A stretch of DNA of 64,000 nt. Source: Bacilli bacterium (GTDB lineage Bacteria > Bacillota_I > Bacilli_A > RFN20 > CAG-826). This document shows, in pieces, positions 59,758 through 64,000 of the stretch (position 1 is the stretch's first letter; the number at the start of each line of letters is the position of its first letter). Location: assembly GCA_045226015.1 (NCBI GenBank), contig JBGVBY010000004.1, positions 20,329 to 84,328 on the forward strand, written 5' to 3'. The position numbers were made by a program, and so were the translations under genes. Under the pieces are notes generated by a model that did not search any database, was not told where the DNA came from, and worked only from the letters and a program-made list of their open reading frames with translations.

Positions 59758-61881
59758 ATGAAAAAAAGCAAACTATCACTTGGTTTAGTTACTAGTTTCA
59801 TCGGTGCACTCGCTTTAACATCTTGTGGAAGTGACGATACAAGATATTACATTTCCCCAAGCCTTACCTCCATCGTAGACTTTATCGGTTATAATAGCGC
59901 AACTGATAAACTCACAGTCGATGTTGATAAGTTCTATAGCGAGTACGGCGATAGCGAAGTTGGCACAAACTTATTCTATAACGCTGTCCTTGAATCATTA
60001 ATCCGCTACGAATACAAAGGATTAAGTGAAGATCACTCGGACTTAAAAGCCTATGCCACTATTGAAAAAGAGGCTAATGAAAAAGTTATTGCTCAACAAG
60101 ACATTGCCTTAGCAAACGCCGGATCAGACGGCGATTACGAAACCGAATTGGCGAAGATTTTCAAATCATTCAATGTTGAAAACATTCAAGGCCTCAAAGA
60201 ACATTTCGTTTACGAACTTGAGAAAGAAGCTCTCAGCGATTGGTATTTAAAGACATCGATGCCTGAAGTAAAAGATCAATACCTTGGTATTGAATCAGTT
60301 TCAGTCACAGATGACCAAAACAATACTGTCACTCACTGGGATCCAATTGAACAAGGCGCAGATAAAGAATACGCTTCTGTATTCCCATATCACATTCAAC
60401 ACATTTTAGTTAACTTAGGCGCTGATGCTAATGATTACACTAGAGCAACCATTACTGAAGCTGAAGCCAAAAAACTCTACGAAGTTGTCCGTAAATTAAT
60501 TTCCGGAAAATATAGCTTCGAAGAAGTCGCCTTCAAACACAGTGATGATTCAAGCAAATCCAGCTTTGGTGACGCTGGTATCATGTCTACACAAACTAAC
60601 TTTGTTAATGAATTCAAACTTGGTATTTATGCTTACGACGCTATCTTAAGTGGCGTTAACAGCGAATTACCAGCAGAAGATGATCAAGGAACAAAGTTCC
60701 ATGATTCAACTGAAGCAATCTACAAAGCCTTTGGCTTAGATGCAGATGCTCAAATCAAAGTTGGAACAACTGTTACTGATGATCACCACGTTGAAAACAA
60801 ATATAAAAACGTTCAAGCCGCTATTAAATCTGAAATGAGAGATAACGTTAAAACTGCTATCACAGGTTATATTGATGATCAAAGCAAATTTGATGTTCTC
60901 CCAACCGTCCCATGGGATGTCTTCAGAAAATTAAATGACTACGCTGAAGAAAGTGAAACCGAATATAAATTCGAATCCTCTTCTGCTAGCTACCCACGTA
61001 ACGTTTTATTCAACCAATTCCTCAACTTCCGTTCCCCATTCATCATTACAAATGAGGATTTAGGATCATTTGATGGAGTTGATGATAAAATCACAACTTC
61101 TGTCCACGATTTCCAAGACGATCAAAGTGACCTCTACCTTGAAAGTGATAACTTCAAAGGTAAAGATGTTACCGGTATCAATTTAGGCACAATCGGTGGA
61201 GATGAAGTTAAAGCCTTAACCACCTCTAACAACGATGTTGTTATCGGAGTCCGTTCCACATATGGAATTCACTTCATGGTCATGAGAAAATCCGTTTTCA
61301 AAGGCACCAATGAAAAATCCACATATATCGGAAAAGACGAACAAGGACAAGCTGTTGTTAAGACCAAAGACAATATCACCTTACAAGATTACTACACAAC
61401 TGATACACCAGACGCTCACAATTACCCAGAATCAACATACGTTAACTGGGCAACAAGCGATGATCCTTCCTACTATACAAAAAGAGCAGATACTATCAAA
61501 AACAAACTCAAAGGTTCTGATTCAGGCGATGTCTTTGATGCCGCTTATGACTACAGAATCTACACCATGCTCTTAGAAGCAATTGGAGAAGATAAGATTA
61601 CCTTCTTTGATTCCTCTAAAGGTGATGTTGTTAGTAAAAATATCAAAGATAAGATTGATAACTTAAGAGCGAATAAGTTTGATTCTAACGAAACCACACT
61701 TAATCAATCTTGGGAAGACTATCTTACCCAATTAGCAAAACAAAACTACTTCAGAGGACTCTTAAATAAAGATGTTAAGTTATTACCATCTAAGTGTGTC
61801 TTCTTATGGGGTAAAGCAAACGCAGGCGAAGAAACCGCTCAAAAAGCATTCGAAGAAGGAGGAGATTGTTATGCCAAGTAA
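59758..61881 (+). CDS. Large lipoprotein with an interrupted parvulin/PrsA-like PPIase domain
   Basis: Lipobox LTSC; QHILV, SFEEVAFKHSDDSSKSSFGDAG, FVNEF and a distal VRSTYGIHF. Confidence 0.7.
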   Translation: MKKSKLSLGLVTSFIGALALTSCGSDDTRYYISPSLTSIVDFIGYNSATDKLTVDVDKFYSEYGDSEVGTNLFYNAVLESLIRYEYKGLSEDHSDLKAYATIEKEANEKVIAQQDIALANAGSDGDYETELAKIFKSFNVENIQGLKEHFVYELEKEALSDWYLKTSMPEVKDQYLGIESVSVTDDQNNTVTHWDPIEQGADKEYASVFPYHIQHILVNLGADANDYTRATITEAEAKKLYEVVRKLISGKYSFEEVAFKHSDDSSKSSFGDAGIMSTQTNFVNEFKLGIYAYDAILSGVNSELPAEDDQGTKFHDSTEAIYKAFGLDADAQIKVGTTVTDDHHVENKYKNVQAAIKSEMRDNVKTAITGYIDDQSKFDVLPTVPWDVFRKLNDYAEESETEYKFESSSASYPRNVLFNQFLNFRSPFIITNEDLGSFDGVDDKITTSVHDFQDDQSDLYLESDNFKGKDVTGINLGTIGGDEVKALTTSNNDVVIGVRSTYGIHFMVMRKSVFKGTNEKSTYIGKDEQGQAVVKTKDNITLQDYYTTDTPDAHNYPESTYVNWATSDDPSYYTKRADTIKNKLKGSDSGDVFDAAYDYRIYTMLLEAIGEDKITFFDSSKGDVVSKNIKDKIDNLRANKFDSNETTLNQSWEDYLTQLAKQNYFRGLLNKDVKLLPSKCVFLWGKANAGEETAQKAFEEGGDCYAK

Positions 61882-63943
61882 GAAATTTGCTAAATTAGCA
61901 GTACTCTCCTTATTAGGAGTCTTAAGCTTAGCGAGCTGTAGTTCAGATGAATCATCTGATGAAATCATCGCTAAACCATCTACATATTGGAACCCAATCG
62001 TTCAAATTGAAGATGGAGAAGGTAAATCTCATGGATTAGATATTTGGAATAATATCCAAAAGATCGTCTATGACGCAATGCGCGAAGGTGACTTAAAGAG
62101 TGAAGTCATGAAAAAAGTCATGTACATGTATGCTGAAAGCATCTATGGTTCATATGACGCCTATACCGCTAAAGATTATGGAAATGACTACATTACCTTA
62201 AAAGCGGCTGTTGAAGATGCTAAAACATCAACTCACACAGAAGCTGACAAATTCATTAGAGCCCACCGTGTCTATTGGAGAAAAGACGCTGATGGCAAAC
62301 ACATCGACGATCAAGGTAATCCAGTTAATGATTCTTTACCAAACTGGGAAGTCTCTAACTTTGAAAGAGAAACCTTAATCGCTAAATATGATGGTATTGA
62401 ATTACGTATTAAAGAAGCGATGTATAACAAAGCAACTACATCTGCTCAAACCGCGAACCACTATTTTGATGAATATGAATTCGTGAAGAGCTTACACAAA
62501 GATGCCAAATCAGTTGACTGGGATGCCGCTAACAAATACGTTCCAAATGATGCAAACGATCCAAGTGCAGGCACACACCCATATATCAAAGACAAACTCG
62601 TCTTAGTGGATTACATGCTTGAAAAAGAAGATGTCTTCGTTGATACCACTTTAGTGCCAGATGATCCTGATGATCCAGATGGACCAAAACATCAAAAGAA
62701 TCCAAATGGTTTACTCCACAGAGAGTTATACCAAAACGATGCAAAAGGTATCACATACATTCAAGATGAAATTCTTGAAGGTGTCTATGGCGACCTCTTA
62801 ATCGAACAATACTTATTAGATGAAGAAATCGCTGTTGTTAGAGATAGCCGTGCTAGAAGAATCAATGTCTTAAAAATTGAAAAATATGATGGCTTCTCCA
62901 ATAACGCTGACGCATTAAAAGATGATTTATTAAATCAAATCTATCATGCAGCAGACGTCGTACCAACCGTTGCCTCTGGCTTAAGAACTGATGTAGAAAA
63001 GATTAACGATTACTACACTGAATTATTTGAAGCTTATGCGACAGTAAATAAAGGTATGTATAACGAAATTAGTCAAGCTCCACTTGGTTCATTAGTGGCG
63101 GATATCATGAGTAGAATTTCTACTGATACTGATATTTACGAAAAGAACGAATCTGGAGATTACTATAACCACACTTCCTATGGTGATTTAATGGAAGAAT
63201 ATGGTAAATACGAAGAAATGCTTGATCCAGCAAATGAAAAAGACTTCGATAAGACCTTATACAACAAATTCACCGATGAAGGAAAAATCTCTTCTGAAGA
63301 AGGTTTAAGAAGAAAAGTTACTGATCTTGATCAAAATCAAACTATCACTAAAGGATGGTATGTCCAAAACTCACAACCAACTTTAGATGGAAGTGGTAAG
63401 ATCAATTCTCGTTTATTCACTATGACCGTCGCTAATGAAAAGATGGAAATTGGTGATTTAGAACCAAACTCAGTGTCTTCTGAAAACTACGAAAGAATGG
63501 CAAGACTTGATAGATTCCAACTCAACGAAGCTGGAGATGCTTACGAATTAAGAGACGAACTTAGTTCTGAAGAAAGTAAATATCTCTGTTCTATTAACGG
63601 AGCCTACTTCCTTAAATTCGATAACAAGTCTGAAAGTGACTATCAAAAATATCCATATGGAGGAGACATCATCCTTGAAGATGATAACGCCTACTATGTC
63701 GTTCTTGTCTTAGAAGCTGTTAAAGATAGTAAACTCAGAAGTAAAGGTGATGCATCTTATGCTTCTAGTAGAGGAACTGATATCTTAACAAACATCATTG
63801 ATGAAGTTTGTAAGAAATCCGCAGAAACTGGTAGCTATGCTTCCTTAAGTAAGGAATACTGGCTCAAGAAGATGAAACTCTACTACCATGATGATGCAGT
63901 CATGAGTTACTTCTTCGATAACTATCCAAATACATTCAATTAA
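61871..63943 (+). CDS. Large acidic lipoprotein, possible degenerate PrsA-like paralog
   Basis: Start ATG 61871 after AGGAGG, lipobox LASC, translationally coupled to the upstream gene. Confidence 0.75.
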   Translation: MPSKKFAKLAVLSLLGVLSLASCSSDESSDEIIAKPSTYWNPIVQIEDGEGKSHGLDIWNNIQKIVYDAMREGDLKSEVMKKVMYMYAESIYGSYDAYTAKDYGNDYITLKAAVEDAKTSTHTEADKFIRAHRVYWRKDADGKHIDDQGNPVNDSLPNWEVSNFERETLIAKYDGIELRIKEAMYNKATTSAQTANHYFDEYEFVKSLHKDAKSVDWDAANKYVPNDANDPSAGTHPYIKDKLVLVDYMLEKEDVFVDTTLVPDDPDDPDGPKHQKNPNGLLHRELYQNDAKGITYIQDEILEGVYGDLLIEQYLLDEEIAVVRDSRARRINVLKIEKYDGFSNNADALKDDLLNQIYHAADVVPTVASGLRTDVEKINDYYTELFEAYATVNKGMYNEISQAPLGSLVADIMSRISTDTDIYEKNESGDYYNHTSYGDLMEEYGKYEEMLDPANEKDFDKTLYNKFTDEGKISSEEGLRRKVTDLDQNQTITKGWYVQNSQPTLDGSGKINSRLFTMTVANEKMEIGDLEPNSVSSENYERMARLDRFQLNEAGDAYELRDELSSEESKYLCSINGAYFLKFDNKSESDYQKYPYGGDIILEDDNAYYVVLVLEAVKDSKLRSKGDASYASSRGTDILTNIIDEVCKKSAETGSYASLSKEYWLKKMKLYYHDDAVMSYFFDNYPNTFN

Positions 63944-63952
63944 TAGACAATT

Positions 63953-63981
63953 AACCAGGTAGAACTTCTATCTGGTTTTTT
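63953..63981 (+). terminator. Intrinsic terminator of the lipoprotein pair
   Basis: AACCAGGTAGA-ACT-TCTATCTGGTT-TTTT. Confidence 0.8.
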
Positions 63982-64000
63982 GTTTACCCTTAATTGAAAA

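Noticed and set aside
1-64000. CRISPR arrays, IS elements, prophage, tRNA/rRNA, UGA recoding
   Set aside because: I saw no repeat-spacer periodicity, transposase, integrase, phage genes or tRNA/rRNA signatures. Long genes translate cleanly in code 11 and TGA serves as a stop (e.g. 68-70, 4742-4744).

Overview
A 64-kb chromosomal window from a low-GC Bacilli-type genome using the standard code 11. Gene order and content suggest a reduced Erysipelotrichales/Mollicutes-adjacent lineage; this is an inference, not a classification. Most of it is housekeeping on the minus strand: fhs, miaA/miaB, ymdB, rny, recA, cinA, pgsA, RNase P RNA, gpsB, recU, nth, dnaD, cca, HU, der, cmk, lysS, dusB, ftsH, tilS, mfd, pth, sufCDSUB, mnmG/rsmG and an FMN riboswitch with ribU. 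A ~21-kb surface-proteolysis and peptide-uptake cluster (29.6-50.4 kb) holds S8, C11 and M6 proteases and an Opp system with large insertions. Two giant lipoproteins with PrsA/parvulin-like features close the window. I saw no mobile element, CRISPR array, tRNA or rRNA. The strongest unexplained signal is a 39-bp fixed-spacing motif, AAAAAAATYG-N5-TCYYCCTATTTAAATARTGAGGRG, present three times. It lies directly upstream of recA, of a MacB-like ABC operon, and of an unannotated structured RNA that encodes a 23-aa hydrophobic peptide and has a convergent antisense terminator. This is a candidate recA-coregulated (competence or DNA-damage) regulon containing a type I toxin-antitoxin-like locus. Other notable items: an apparent ACG start codon for mfd, a minimal 213-aa CCA enzyme, a variant FMN aptamer, a structured rny leader, frequent leaderless promoters, and loss of ponA/divIC from their usual loci.
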